Shown piece by piece: positions 17,887-27,609 of a DNA stretch of 58,541 nt (position 1 is its first letter; every line of letters starts with the position of its first letter). Below the pieces are notes generated by a model, which saw only the letters and a program-made list of their open reading frames with translations, had not been told where the DNA came from and did not search any database. The stretch covers positions 1 through 58,541 of the forward strand of contig PAOZ01000033.1 in NCBI GenBank assembly GCA_002708695.1. Reading direction: 5' to 3'. This DNA is from Methanobacteriota archaeon (GTDB taxonomy: Archaea; Thermoplasmatota; Poseidoniia; Poseidoniales; Thalassarchaeaceae). The position numbers and the translations under genes are program-made.

Positions 17887-18324
17887 ATGGAAAGAATTAA
17901 ATCCGAAATAATAAATGCTATTAGAGCGTCTCCGTCTAATAGTATTTTTAAAAAGGGGATTCCTATTGAAGATAGAATATATTCTGAAGTTCCCATATTC
18001 TTAAATTTACTTGAAACATATTTTTATGACGAAGAAAAATTCCACGGATACTTAAATAGTCATTATAGTACCTGGATAAATATATTTCAAGATGATTTTA
18101 TTAGACTTATTATAATGTATAACAGGGCCTATGATTTTTATAGAATTAAACAGGTTGAAAAAGAGGCTAAGATGATTAAAATGGCTGATGAATATAATGC
18201 AAATAAATTAATAGAAGATCTGGAAGATATGGGTTTATCTCCCAATATTGGCTCTATAACTAAATCATTAAGTAGAAGTAGAATAACAAAGAAAAAACCT
18301 AGTATGAAATCTAAGAAAAAATAA
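17887..18324 (+). CDS. Hypothetical protein with basic C-terminus
   Basis: 145-aa ATG ORF. Confidence 0.6.
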   Translation: MERIKSEIINAIRASPSNSIFKKGIPIEDRIYSEVPIFLNLLETYFYDEEKFHGYLNSHYSTWINIFQDDFIRLIIMYNRAYDFYRIKQVEKEAKMIKMADEYNANKLIEDLEDMGLSPNIGSITKSLSRSRITKKKPSMKSKKK

Positions 18325-18325
18325 T

Positions 18326-20008
18326 TTAAAATAATAATTCTTCACTTTCTCCAAATTCTGTATTAAATTCGGGAAATACGGGGGTTGTATCATCGGGTAT
18401 ATCTCCATATTTTGCCATAATACAGGCCGGACAATCTCCATACCTCGAAAGACTTCTATCCATAACCCTAGGAGTACATGTACATTCTGATGTACTAACA
18501 CATTTATTTCTTTTTACATATCTAACACTTGTTCCGCCGCTCTTTGTTTTATATTTCTCGGGTTTAAACTCTGATACATATTTAGCCCCGTGCATTCTAA
18601 GCATTCTTTCTTCTATTTCAGGTATAGTCATATCGCTTACTTTTTTCTGTTTTGTAATAGTCGGTTTTATCCCGGTTATCATTGGAATTGGCGGGGATTC
18701 ATCTGAATAATCCATATCATCATCAAGTCCTTCATACATAGCCGACATATCAAACGGGTCTTTTGTTGTTTTACCCTTTCTTTTCTTTACACCAAAGTTG
18801 CTTTCGTTTTCATTTCCAATGTCTTCTCCGAAATTACTTTCGTTTTCATTTCCAATGTCTTCTCCGAAATTGCTTTCGTTTTCATTTCCAATGTCTTCTC
18901 CGAAATTGCTTTGATCGTCACTTGCCAGAGATTCGGAATCTTCCCCAAAATATGAATCACCAAAAGAAGTAAAATGATTTCTTTCATCATAATTAAATTT
19001 AATTCTACATATAGTGTCATCATCTTGTTCTCTTAAAGCCGAATTTAATTTATCCATGACATCGGTTATGTTCTGATTTCTTATATCAGAAACTATTTTT
19101 TTTGTCAGTTTCTTACATTCTGTATTCAGTAATCTTGGGTTCATTTTACCTGTAGAAAATGTTATACCGCTAGAACTTACCTGTGGAAACAAATAAGATA
19201 ATTTATTATCGCTATCTATATCAACAAAGAAAATTGGCCACATTTTCATATAATCGGAGTCATCATTGAATTCTTTTCTCATAAATTCTACCGACTTCTT
19301 TTGTGTATTTATCGCTTTCATCATGGTATCAGACATTACATATTGTGGGTCTGGTTCTATATCTTCTTCGGGGGAATCCCCGCTAATGTTGTAAATATCC
19401 ACTGGTGGATCAAAACCTAATTTTTTATAATCCTGCGCCGCTTTGTATATATCATCTGGGACCGGAGAAAAATTATCATTATTATCTGGGTCGTCTCTTA
19501 AAGCTTGAAATACTTCTCTCTCGTCTGCTTCACAACGAGAATCCATAAATACATCCAACGGAACTGTATTATATGTCCATGTAGCGACCCCGTCTTCAAC
19601 TTCTCGGTTAATACCTGCTTGGATGTCAACATCAGAATCAAATTCTTTAAAATGATAATAAGATACTATATCATTTTCTACACTCGCTATTACATAACCC
19701 ATTCCATTACATTTAGTATATAGTTCTTCTAGGATGCTTCTAGAATCTGAACTTTGCGTTGGAGCACTCATTCTTCTACGCGCTAGACGTCCCCTGTATA
19801 TCCTTTGAACATCCAATGCAGCTTCATTTTGATCCCTTATTCCAGACCCCCCTGGTGTTCCAGATCCTCCTGGGATTTTGGAGGTATCTTTAGATCCTTC
19901 TTTGTTTAAACACGTTCTTATTTGATCTTCTGTTAAATTTTGAATCATCCAGTTTATTATATTTTCATTTGAAAGTTTGTCGAAGTATTTTAGTGTTTCG
20001 GCACTCAT
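18326..20008 (-). CDS. Acidic hypothetical protein with an IQ motif and 12-aa tandem repeats
   Basis: AALDVQRIYRGRLARRR; (NFGEDIGNENES)x3. Start moved to ATG 20008 to avoid overlap with the helicase gene. Confidence 0.7.
   Translation of the reverse strand: MSAETLKYFDKLSNENIINWMIQNLTEDQIRTCLNKEGSKDTSKIPGGSGTPGGSGIRDQNEAALDVQRIYRGRLARRRMSAPTQSSDSRSILEELYTKCNGMGYVIASVENDIVSYYHFKEFDSDVDIQAGINREVEDGVATWTYNTVPLDVFMDSRCEADEREVFQALRDDPDNNDNFSPVPDDIYKAAQDYKKLGFDPPVDIYNISGDSPEEDIEPDPQYVMSDTMMKAINTQKKSVEFMRKEFNDDSDYMKMWPIFFVDIDSDNKLSYLFPQVSSSGITFSTGKMNPRLLNTECKKLTKKIVSDIRNQNITDVMDKLNSALREQDDDTICRIKFNYDERNHFTSFGDSYFGEDSESLASDDQSNFGEDIGNENESNFGEDIGNENESNFGEDIGNENESNFGVKKRKGKTTKDPFDMSAMYEGLDDDMDYSDESPPIPMITGIKPTITKQKKVSDMTIPEIEERMLRMHGAKYVSEFKPEKYKTKSGGTSVRYVKRNKCVSTSECTCTPRVMDRSLSRYGDCPACIMAKYGDIPDDTTPVFPEFNTEFGESEELLF
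18799..18912. repeat. Coding tandem repeat, 3 x 36 bp
   Basis: Unit tgctttcgttttcatttccaatgtcttctccgaaat, repeated without spacers. Confidence 0.9.
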
Positions 20009-20033
20009 TTTAATATTACTTCTATATTTTATT

Positions 20034-23000
20034 TTAACTTTTATTTTTATATATATTAAGTTGATTTTTAATAAAATCCGGATGTTGCATAGCAATATCA
20101 ATTAAATCATCTAGTTGATTCATTTCGTAATCGCCGTATTTTATAAGTTCTAGAACCTTTTTAGTTAAAGTATCTTTCTTAGAGTTAATTGTAAAATAGC
20201 TATTAATTTTTTTTCTTAGAATGTCGTCTGATGTATCAGAACTTGTTAATCTTTTTATACAATCTATCAGTTCATTCGTATCACTTCTAGTAATTTCCTT
20301 AAAACTTATCCTATCTTCCCCTGTTTCATTCAAATGTTCTTTTCTAAGAAATGGTAATAAGTTATAATTTTTATATAAATTTACGATGTATTTTTTTAGC
20401 TCGGGTTCTAGTTCAAGGTCTGATAATTTTTTATCTGAATCCCATGCTTTTATGTTTTCTAATATATTTAAATCCTCGTTTATATCACTTTCGTCAAGAA
20501 AATCTGGGTCATCTTCAAATACTGTAAGAATACTATATCCGTCTTTACCTCCTTGGAACCCAGCTTCTGTAAATCTCAGAGGTAGATCTTTTCTAGGGAA
20601 TGAATAATCCCTGTTTTTTATTTGTTCAAATGTTAATTTATCGGGTATACCATCTCTAATATACATTCTGCCATTTGATGGATTTTTATAATGTATTTGA
20701 TACATACCCATACCAACTGGATTGCAATATTCTTCCAATCTTATTATATTACCATTTTTATTAATATTACAATCTATAGAACAACTTTTAATTATTTGTT
20801 CTAGATCATTGTTTATAGAGTATTTTTTAATAGATGCTTGTAACATTCTCTCTTCTATACTATCTTCTGCAAAACCTTTATAATTACCTCCAATCTTTTT
20901 TACAGCTTCATCGTCTACACCATTACCCGGATAAACTGAATAGTGTCTATATATATCTACATATTGCTCTTCTTTATCAAGACCGGAATGACTACAATAC
21001 CTAGAAGCACGTGCTAAAATTTGTTCTATCCTAGATTCGTTCCACCAAGGGTCTGTTATATGAACCTGTCTAACGTTTTTAAAAGATACACCTTCCATAA
21101 CAGAACGCGTTCCTAGAATTACTTTAAGTAAGCTACCATCTGAATTCATAGGTGAATTAAATGTATTTCTAGCCTTTTTTATCAATTCCTCGCCCCCCTT
21201 TTGAGTCTTAGTTGAAGAATTCCATATAAAAAATTTATTAGACTTCTCTGCGCTAACCGTGTTTTTAAAACTAGAAAATCCCAGAGTTTCTAATATAATA
21301 GCTAAGGGTTCAACACCGTATGTTAACCAATTTGAAAATATAAATACAGGACCTTTACTATCAAGGGTCATTTCTATTATAGATGCAAATTTTACAGAAA
21401 ATTCCTTTACATATTCTATAATATCGCGTATAGATTCGGTTCTTTTAGATAACATATTTCTTCTGAATTCGGATAATGATTTTTTTTTATCGGCTAGAGA
21501 TTTATTTACTCCACCCCCTATCCTAGGAAGTGTTATATTTGAATATTGCTGAGTTGTGATAAATATACCAGTAACTTTATCATCTTCCTCTCTATCATAA
21601 TTACCGATAAGTATATTTTCATAATTGCTGGACTGATTCTTTTCTAAATTGATTTCTCTATCTCTTTTAGTATCTGATGCAAGAGCATCTATATAATCTG
21701 TTTTATGTTTATTGGAGAAACCATGATTAACAGTTATAACTCTTTTATAAGGATATGCATTTGGATTACCCCCTTTAAAGTAAGATACATACCCAGAACA
21801 AATGTATTTAATAAGTTCTTCATTGATTATACACGATTCGTTAGTTATCCACGTTTTTAATGGAGATGTTTGTTTTTCACACACATCTATATCATTTTTT
21901 GTTTTTAATTCTCCAATAAAATGACTGTAAAAATCTACCGGGGTTATAGGAAATGGAACCCTAGGTCTTAATAAATTTATAGTTAATGCTAGTTCATATG
22001 GATTATCATATATCGGTGTCGCTGACATTAAAACCAATTTTAGACTTGGGTGAAAATAATACTTTACTGCATCATATAATTTCTTATAGAATGTACCTCC
22101 CGCACTTACCAATCTCTGTATTTCGTCTATTATCAATAACCCGTTTTTCTTAAATAACGCAGAATCATTTGATATAAGTTTTGTACCCTTAATAAATTCT
22201 TTATTAGTACCCGTTTTGTATAGTGATTCAATAAATTTATTATGGCTTATAATTTCGAATGTTTTTTTTATATTATCTCGTATACTGTCTTGATATCTTT
22301 CTAATTCAAATTTCTTAAGATCTACTTTTCTTTGTTGATTTGCAAAATTTTTTCTATTAACTGGAGTGTCTTCAAACTCAACTGATAATTCAGCTTCGTC
22401 TAATTTTGAAATTTCATTTTGTAATTTTCTTTGTAGATTAATTAGATTATTGTTTTTAGTTTCTGAAACATAGAAATTTCTGGTAGATTCATCTCCTTCT
22501 TGAGATTTACTTAAACAAAAAGACGGGCATGAAAAAAATGATCCATTTCTTATTTCCCCTGCAATTTCTTCAAAGTATTGATCTACGAGGGGTGCTGGAA
22601 CTGCATAAATAATTCTACTAGATGTAGAATTTTTAAGAGCTTCTCCTATTACAATTGAAGTGCAAGATTTACCAGAGCCTAATCCATGATAAACTAGAAT
22701 GTTGTTGAAATTACTAGATGGTCCCATTATTTGTCCCATAAATTTTTGTTGAGGTCCTAGTGACATATCAGAATTTTTACATATAGATGCATTGTCTAGA
22801 TTAATGTATTCTTCTGAAAATGTAAATGGACTATCCTCGGGAAAAGCATCGTTAGAATAGGTTTTATCTATAAACTCTAGTAATTCTTTATTATTAAATG
22901 TTTCCACGTCATTTAATTTTGGAAATGACATATTTTCACATTTAATGTTATATTTTTTAGAATCTTCTTCATTATTGTAATGATATTGTAAGCAATCCAT
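20034..23000 (-). CDS. Superfamily 2 helicase, poxvirus D6/D11-like (early transcription factor small subunit/NPH-I family)
   Basis: HGLGSGKS (motif I), IIDEIQR (II), MSATP (III), FSNW, EGVSFKNVRQVHI..WN..EQILARASR..SH (V/VI). Confidence 0.9.
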   Translation of the reverse strand: MDCLQYHYNNEEDSKKYNIKCENMSFPKLNDVETFNNKELLEFIDKTYSNDAFPEDSPFTFSEEYINLDNASICKNSDMSLGPQQKFMGQIMGPSSNFNNILVYHGLGSGKSCTSIVIGEALKNSTSSRIIYAVPAPLVDQYFEEIAGEIRNGSFFSCPSFCLSKSQEGDESTRNFYVSETKNNNLINLQRKLQNEISKLDEAELSVEFEDTPVNRKNFANQQRKVDLKKFELERYQDSIRDNIKKTFEIISHNKFIESLYKTGTNKEFIKGTKLISNDSALFKKNGLLIIDEIQRLVSAGGTFYKKLYDAVKYYFHPSLKLVLMSATPIYDNPYELALTINLLRPRVPFPITPVDFYSHFIGELKTKNDIDVCEKQTSPLKTWITNESCIINEELIKYICSGYVSYFKGGNPNAYPYKRVITVNHGFSNKHKTDYIDALASDTKRDREINLEKNQSSNYENILIGNYDREEDDKVTGIFITTQQYSNITLPRIGGGVNKSLADKKKSLSEFRRNMLSKRTESIRDIIEYVKEFSVKFASIIEMTLDSKGPVFIFSNWLTYGVEPLAIILETLGFSSFKNTVSAEKSNKFFIWNSSTKTQKGGEELIKKARNTFNSPMNSDGSLLKVILGTRSVMEGVSFKNVRQVHITDPWWNESRIEQILARASRYCSHSGLDKEEQYVDIYRHYSVYPGNGVDDEAVKKIGGNYKGFAEDSIEERMLQASIKKYSINNDLEQIIKSCSIDCNINKNGNIIRLEEYCNPVGMGMYQIHYKNPSNGRMYIRDGIPDKLTFEQIKNRDYSFPRKDLPLRFTEAGFQGGKDGYSILTVFEDDPDFLDESDINEDLNILENIKAWDSDKKLSDLELEPELKKYIVNLYKNYNLLPFLRKEHLNETGEDRISFKEITRSDTNELIDCIKRLTSSDTSDDILRKKINSYFTINSKKDTLTKKVLELIKYGDYEMNQLDDLIDIAMQHPDFIKNQLNIYKNKS

Positions 23001-23070
23001 TTATATTATAAATATAACAAATTTATTTATATTTATAATTTAATTTCATTTCATTTCATTTAATTTAATT

Positions 23071-26000
23071 TCATTTCATTAATAAAAATAGTATCAAGAG
23101 AACTATAACTACCCCAGCTCCTATCCCTCCATACTTAATCATCTTGTCTTTATTTTCAACTTTTTTCTTCTCTTCTTCTATTTTATTTTCAAGAACTGTA
23201 TTTTTACCTTTAAATATATCTATTTCTTTTTTACATTCATCTTTTTCTTCTTTTCTAATTTGTTCTGCATCTACGGGTACGTTATTCTTCGTCTTTTCCG
23301 CTTCTAATTCAGCTTTTAAATTAATTATCTCTTCGCCCAAGTCTTCTATCTGTTCCATCTTCAAATCCACAGTCTCGCCGCTCTTCTCCGCCATGCCGAC
23401 GATAGCCTCCGTCGCCTCCGCCTCCGACGCCAGCAGCTGATCCTGCAGTAGTTGGTTGGTCCCTCGAGCCGCCTCCAGCTGCGCCTTCAGTGACTCCACT
23501 TCGGCGCTAGAGGGACGCGCCGCCAGTTGCGCCTCCAGCTCAGCGACGCGCGCCGCCGCCGCGCCCGCCGCCGCCTTAACGTCAGTATCACTTACACCTT
23601 CTGATTCTTTAATAACATTATTTAATTTTTTTATAAACTGAACTGCAAATGTTATAGGTTTAGTATTTTTATATCTACTATCTAACAATTCTCTAAATGT
23701 TTCAATAATCCACTCACTCTCTCCTTTCATATGGAGACTAAGATACGCCATAAGCATTTTAAGCCCTTGCATTTCACTTTCAAAATTTGGATGATTTGCT
23801 ATAGTCACCCACACGGCGATATATTTGGACATTGGCGATGTAGAAGCATCAAGCTGAGGAACATTTTCTCCAAATTCATCTCTATTTTTTTCGTTGAATC
23901 TTTTGAGGCCTTGCTCAAAAGTGAGCTCAGAGGCCTTACCAGCATTGAAAATTTCTATTATTTCGGGAGGAAATGGTTCATCTTTTATAATCGCAGTGAT
24001 TAATAGTTTAGAAATCCTTTTAAATATTTCAACATTCTGTTTTGAAGGAAATGCAGGGACATCTTGTGCCCTCCCGGTCCCTACCTCTACCCCTACTCCT
24101 TCCCCTGTCCCTGTCGCTACCCCTACCCCTCCCCGTAGTTCGTTCAAGACTGTAATTTTCATTTCTTCTACTTGCCTGACATCCCTACCGGTCACCGCCC
24201 CCCTTGGTCTACTGTCAAGTTCCGCCAATTCCACTACTTCCTTGGTTAGAGGATGAAATCTCTGTGCAAAAGCTTCGTATTCAATATTAGTGAAACCTTC
24301 ATTTCTGGCTACCCCGCGAATAATGTCTGCCACGGCTAGCTGATTAGGATTAAGAGAATTGAGTATATTGAGCGTGGCGACAGTGGTGCCGGAGGGCGGG
24401 GGCGTCATGAATACAGCGGGGCCCCAATCGTCATCGTCGGGATCGACGTCACCCTCATCGTCAGTATCTTCAGGGGAAACGTTTCCGGTGTCAACCAGTG
24501 TGAAATTGCCGCCGCCTTTGTTTACAACGGCGACTGATGCGGTGCCTGGTACGGTGAGAGCATATTTGTAGTGATCTATTGTCAAGTCTACCCAACTATC
24601 CATCTCCTGATTGAGTACAGTAAAATACGCATCAGGATCATGGTCATGAAGTACAGTGTGATTTCCACAAACGTATACCAGGTTTACAAGTCTTATATTA
24701 TCAACCAATACCACTATGAGATTATTTATTATTTCTCTGAAATTGTTAACAAGTTCATTAAATTTCTGTTCCGTTAGTCGTCCGTCCTTATTCTTTGCCC
24801 TCTCTTCTTCGATGGCTAAATCCAGGCGCTTCCCAGAATTTGAAATAATATCCAAAAATGCTAATGTGATATGATTCATTAATTTAATTAACCATTTTCG
24901 TCTTATTTCCTTTTTAGATGCATTTTTTAAATTTCCATTAAGAATTTCAAATGTTAGTTCCTTGTATGCCTGTTTAGAGTGGTATAGTATATTAACGTTA
25001 CTCGCTTCAAGTGATTCTTGCCCGTCGGTAAAGGGTGTGCTTGCTTGCCCCTTGTTCCAATTCCAAGTATCTCTACCGGGTCCTGGTAGGTCTTCTAAAT
25101 TTCCACGGAACTTGTCTTCGAAGACATATTCGTCTAACGTAGTCTTCCAACACATATAGTGTTTTTCATCGTTCCACATTATGTTGTCGTATTTTAACCA
25201 CCACTTGTCGTCGGTAGACTTCTGGTTGATCTTCTGCGTACAGGATTTAGCGGCATTAAACCAATAGTCTATATCCTTTCCTTCAACTTCAGGTGGTGGG
25301 GCGCAGGCTTCGCCGCCACCCCAATTCTTTGGTAATTTACTTAAATATTCGCCGGTGATATTAGCATTGCCTAATCTGAACTGGTACACATTAGAAATTC
25401 CACAGTCAAAGTTATCTTTAAACCATTGTATATGACCATATAACTCCGATTTACCTTTGTACTTTCCAGTTAATAATTTGAAACCAAGGACATCCCACTC
25501 ACCAAGATTAGGCCTATACAATTGTGCAATGTTTATTTCAAAAACTTTCCCAGCAATCTCGGTGCCATAGTTGATGATCGGGTTTTGTTTAACAAATTCT
25601 TCCTGTGTAACTCCCTGCTGCCTCCGGTCAAAATTAGAGACAGCAATTATATTAGAATTTTCAAATTGTTCTTCCTTAGGAAAGACATTCGTGATACCCA
25701 CAGGAGCCCCTTTCATGTAACCACTTAAAATTCCAGGTATTCGATCGATTCCGGTGAAAAACAATTCGTCCCCACCTGGGGAAGCGTACTCGGTTATAAA
25801 ATCCGGCTCTGAGGGAATGGCGCACGCGCGGAACTTGTTGACCGGTGTAGTTGCTGGAAAAGCCACTGCGTTCATGATGGCCTCATTGGCTCTCTCTTTG
25901 TTGGTCATCGCCGGGTCGATGGAAGCAACGACTTTTTTGTTAGGAATATTTAGTGATTGATTGTTGGCCGGCCCTATCGAATCCGTTGGAATGGAAGCAA

Positions 26001-26625
26001 CGACTTTTTTGTTAGGAATATTTAGTGATTGATTGTTGACCGGAGTAGTTGCTGAGTCTCCTTGCTCGCGCAGCACGGGCACGTTGAGAGAACCGCAGGA
26101 CTGCGCCGGCCCGAATTCGTAGTTCTGCCAAAAATAATCGCCGAGCTCCTCTTTGTACTTCTCGTCACATCTATTGCGGACAAATTCTCTACAATGCTCG
26201 CAATCTGCGGGCAGTTTGCCTACGCAATTAGTCACCAATTTTTTGCAAGTGTTCAAGGCAATTCCCGTATCGTAACCACTGATGGAGGTTACGGTTGCGG
26301 TCGCCCTCGTCGTGTTCTTCGCCGGCGCCTTCGTCACTGTCTGCTGCGACGGTGGGTCGCACCCTTCCTCCTCCGCTATCATACACGATTCCTCATTCCC
26401 AGCCGCGCATTCGTGTTCAAGCCATTCGCACTGTTCATTTTCATATTTTTCTACTCTCTTTCTATTTCTAGGCTTAACTCTTTGTAGAACCGAATATGGT
26501 TTTTTACGAGGTTCCTTTTTTTCATAAAGTTCTTTAGAATAATGACTAGAACCCCCGCTCGTGGCATTATTTGAATCTATAGATGGTTCATGAGAAGATC
26601 TCTTGTATTCTTTATGGTATTTCAT
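23071..26625 (-). CDS. Large C-terminally membrane-anchored protein with Cys-rich N-terminus and coiled coil; possible virion or membrane protein
   Basis: Cys clusters near the N-terminus, duplicated NNQSLNIPNKKVVASI, heptad region before the TM helix GGIGAGVVIVLLILFLLMK. Confidence 0.7.
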   Translation of the reverse strand: MKYHKEYKRSSHEPSIDSNNATSGGSSHYSKELYEKKEPRKKPYSVLQRVKPRNRKRVEKYENEQCEWLEHECAAGNEESCMIAEEEGCDPPSQQTVTKAPAKNTTRATATVTSISGYDTGIALNTCKKLVTNCVGKLPADCEHCREFVRNRCDEKYKEELGDYFWQNYEFGPAQSCGSLNVPVLREQGDSATTPVNNQSLNIPNKKVVASIPTDSIGPANNQSLNIPNKKVVASIDPAMTNKERANEAIMNAVAFPATTPVNKFRACAIPSEPDFITEYASPGGDELFFTGIDRIPGILSGYMKGAPVGITNVFPKEEQFENSNIIAVSNFDRRQQGVTQEEFVKQNPIINYGTEIAGKVFEINIAQLYRPNLGEWDVLGFKLLTGKYKGKSELYGHIQWFKDNFDCGISNVYQFRLGNANITGEYLSKLPKNWGGGEACAPPPEVEGKDIDYWFNAAKSCTQKINQKSTDDKWWLKYDNIMWNDEKHYMCWKTTLDEYVFEDKFRGNLEDLPGPGRDTWNWNKGQASTPFTDGQESLEASNVNILYHSKQAYKELTFEILNGNLKNASKKEIRRKWLIKLMNHITLAFLDIISNSGKRLDLAIEEERAKNKDGRLTEQKFNELVNNFREIINNLIVVLVDNIRLVNLVYVCGNHTVLHDHDPDAYFTVLNQEMDSWVDLTIDHYKYALTVPGTASVAVVNKGGGNFTLVDTGNVSPEDTDDEGDVDPDDDDWGPAVFMTPPPSGTTVATLNILNSLNPNQLAVADIIRGVARNEGFTNIEYEAFAQRFHPLTKEVVELAELDSRPRGAVTGRDVRQVEEMKITVLNELRGGVGVATGTGEGVGVEVGTGRAQDVPAFPSKQNVEIFKRISKLLITAIIKDEPFPPEIIEIFNAGKASELTFEQGLKRFNEKNRDEFGENVPQLDASTSPMSKYIAVWVTIANHPNFESEMQGLKMLMAYLSLHMKGESEWIIETFRELLDSRYKNTKPITFAVQFIKKLNNVIKESEGVSDTDVKAAAGAAAARVAELEAQLAARPSSAEVESLKAQLEAARGTNQLLQDQLLASEAEATEAIVGMAEKSGETVDLKMEQIEDLGEEIINLKAELEAEKTKNNVPVDAEQIRKEEKDECKKEIDIFKGKNTVLENKIEEEKKKVENKDKMIKYGGIGAGVVIVLLILFLLMK

Positions 26626-26667
26626 TTATATTAAAGCAAATGTAATTTTTTTATAAAAAATAAACTA

Positions 26668-26700
26668 CATTTACAATTTACAATTTACAATTTACAATTT
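26668..26700. repeat. 7-bp microsatellite (ATTTACA)n in an intergenic region
   Basis: acatttacaatttacaatttacaatttacaattt downstream of 26707..27042. Confidence 0.7.
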
Positions 26701-26706
26701 AAATTA

Positions 26707-27042
26707 TTATCTCTTTAATTTACATCTACCATTAAACTGTAGGTATACTCCATATATAATAAGGATGGACATACCCATAGACCATAAAAATTCTATTGAA
26801 GAAGACTCTCTTGTATGTTTATATTCACACCTGGTTCCTAGAGGTGTTTGTACACAACTATTGGGTATCTCTTCCATTAAATTACTAACTATAGCGTTAA
26901 TAAATATTGCAGAAAAGAATATACCAAATCCATAAGAAAGGGGTATGTTAAAACAGTTAGAATACCATGCTGCAATAGCACTCGGAATCATTACTAAAAC
27001 CGCCAAAGCTGCTAAAAGATGTATAGGCCAGAGAATAGTCAT
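26707..27042 (-). CDS. Small multi-TM protein, paralog of 27090..27371
   Basis: MIPSAIAAWYSNC.NI.LSY.F and YG.Y.QF.G.CK shared with the next ORF. Confidence 0.7.
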   Translation of the reverse strand: MTILWPIHLLAALAVLVMIPSAIAAWYSNCFNIPLSYGFGIFFSAIFINAIVSNLMEEIPNSCVQTPLGTRCEYKHTRESSSIEFLWSMGMSILIIYGVYLQFNGRCKLKR

Positions 27043-27089
27043 TGTTATTTATTAATACGTTTGATTTTTTTTTATTTTATTTAATAATT

Positions 27090-27371
27090 TTAGCCCATCA
27101 ATTCCGAACCGGCTCCTAATTTACATTTACCTGTAAATTGACGGTATGTTCCGTATATAATTATAGCAGATGCTATAATAGCGTATATCTTCCAGAGTAT
27201 ATCGGCGATTCCTGGTGCAAAGCTAGCAATTGTACTTACAATTATTAACGGTAGAAACATAAGAAGGAATGCGTAACTAAGTCTAATATTCAAACAACGA
27301 GAATACCATGTTGTTATCGCAGACGGAATCATAATGAATATAAATAACAAACCCGCTATAATTTCAATCAT
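27090..27371 (-). CDS. Small multi-TM protein, paralog of 26707..27042
   Basis: MIPSAITTWYSRCLNIRLSYAF and YGTYRQFTGKCK. Confidence 0.7.
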   Translation of the reverse strand: MIEIIAGLLFIFIMIPSAITTWYSRCLNIRLSYAFLLMFLPLIIVSTIASFAPGIADILWKIYAIIASAIIIYGTYRQFTGKCKLGAGSELMG

Positions 27372-27609
27372 TCTTTAATACAATAATTCATTTTTTTTTA
27401 AAAATAAATTCAATATGTGAATTCTTTTTCAGACATCAAGAGACTAATTTATCTTGATGTCGTCATTCAGAATTCTAATAAGTGTTTTAGATAGTCGCAG
27501 GAAATACTGTGGATCATCCGAACTTAGAATTTCCCGGCTTTGAGGATCATCCGAAGCCAGCGATAGACATTTTCATTTTCATTGTCTTCTCAGCTGGCTT
27601 CTTCCCGGG

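Noticed and set aside
18799-18912. 36-bp repeats as CRISPR repeats or nucleoporin FG-repeat mimicry
   Set aside because: Head-to-tail coding repeats with no spacers; too few FG units, in an acidic context, for Nup-like function.
23144-26527. Many short plus-strand ORFs inside 23071..26625, and similar nested ORFs in polB, top2 and the capsid genes
   Set aside because: Fully overlap longer ORFs that have recognisable motifs; no independent signatures.
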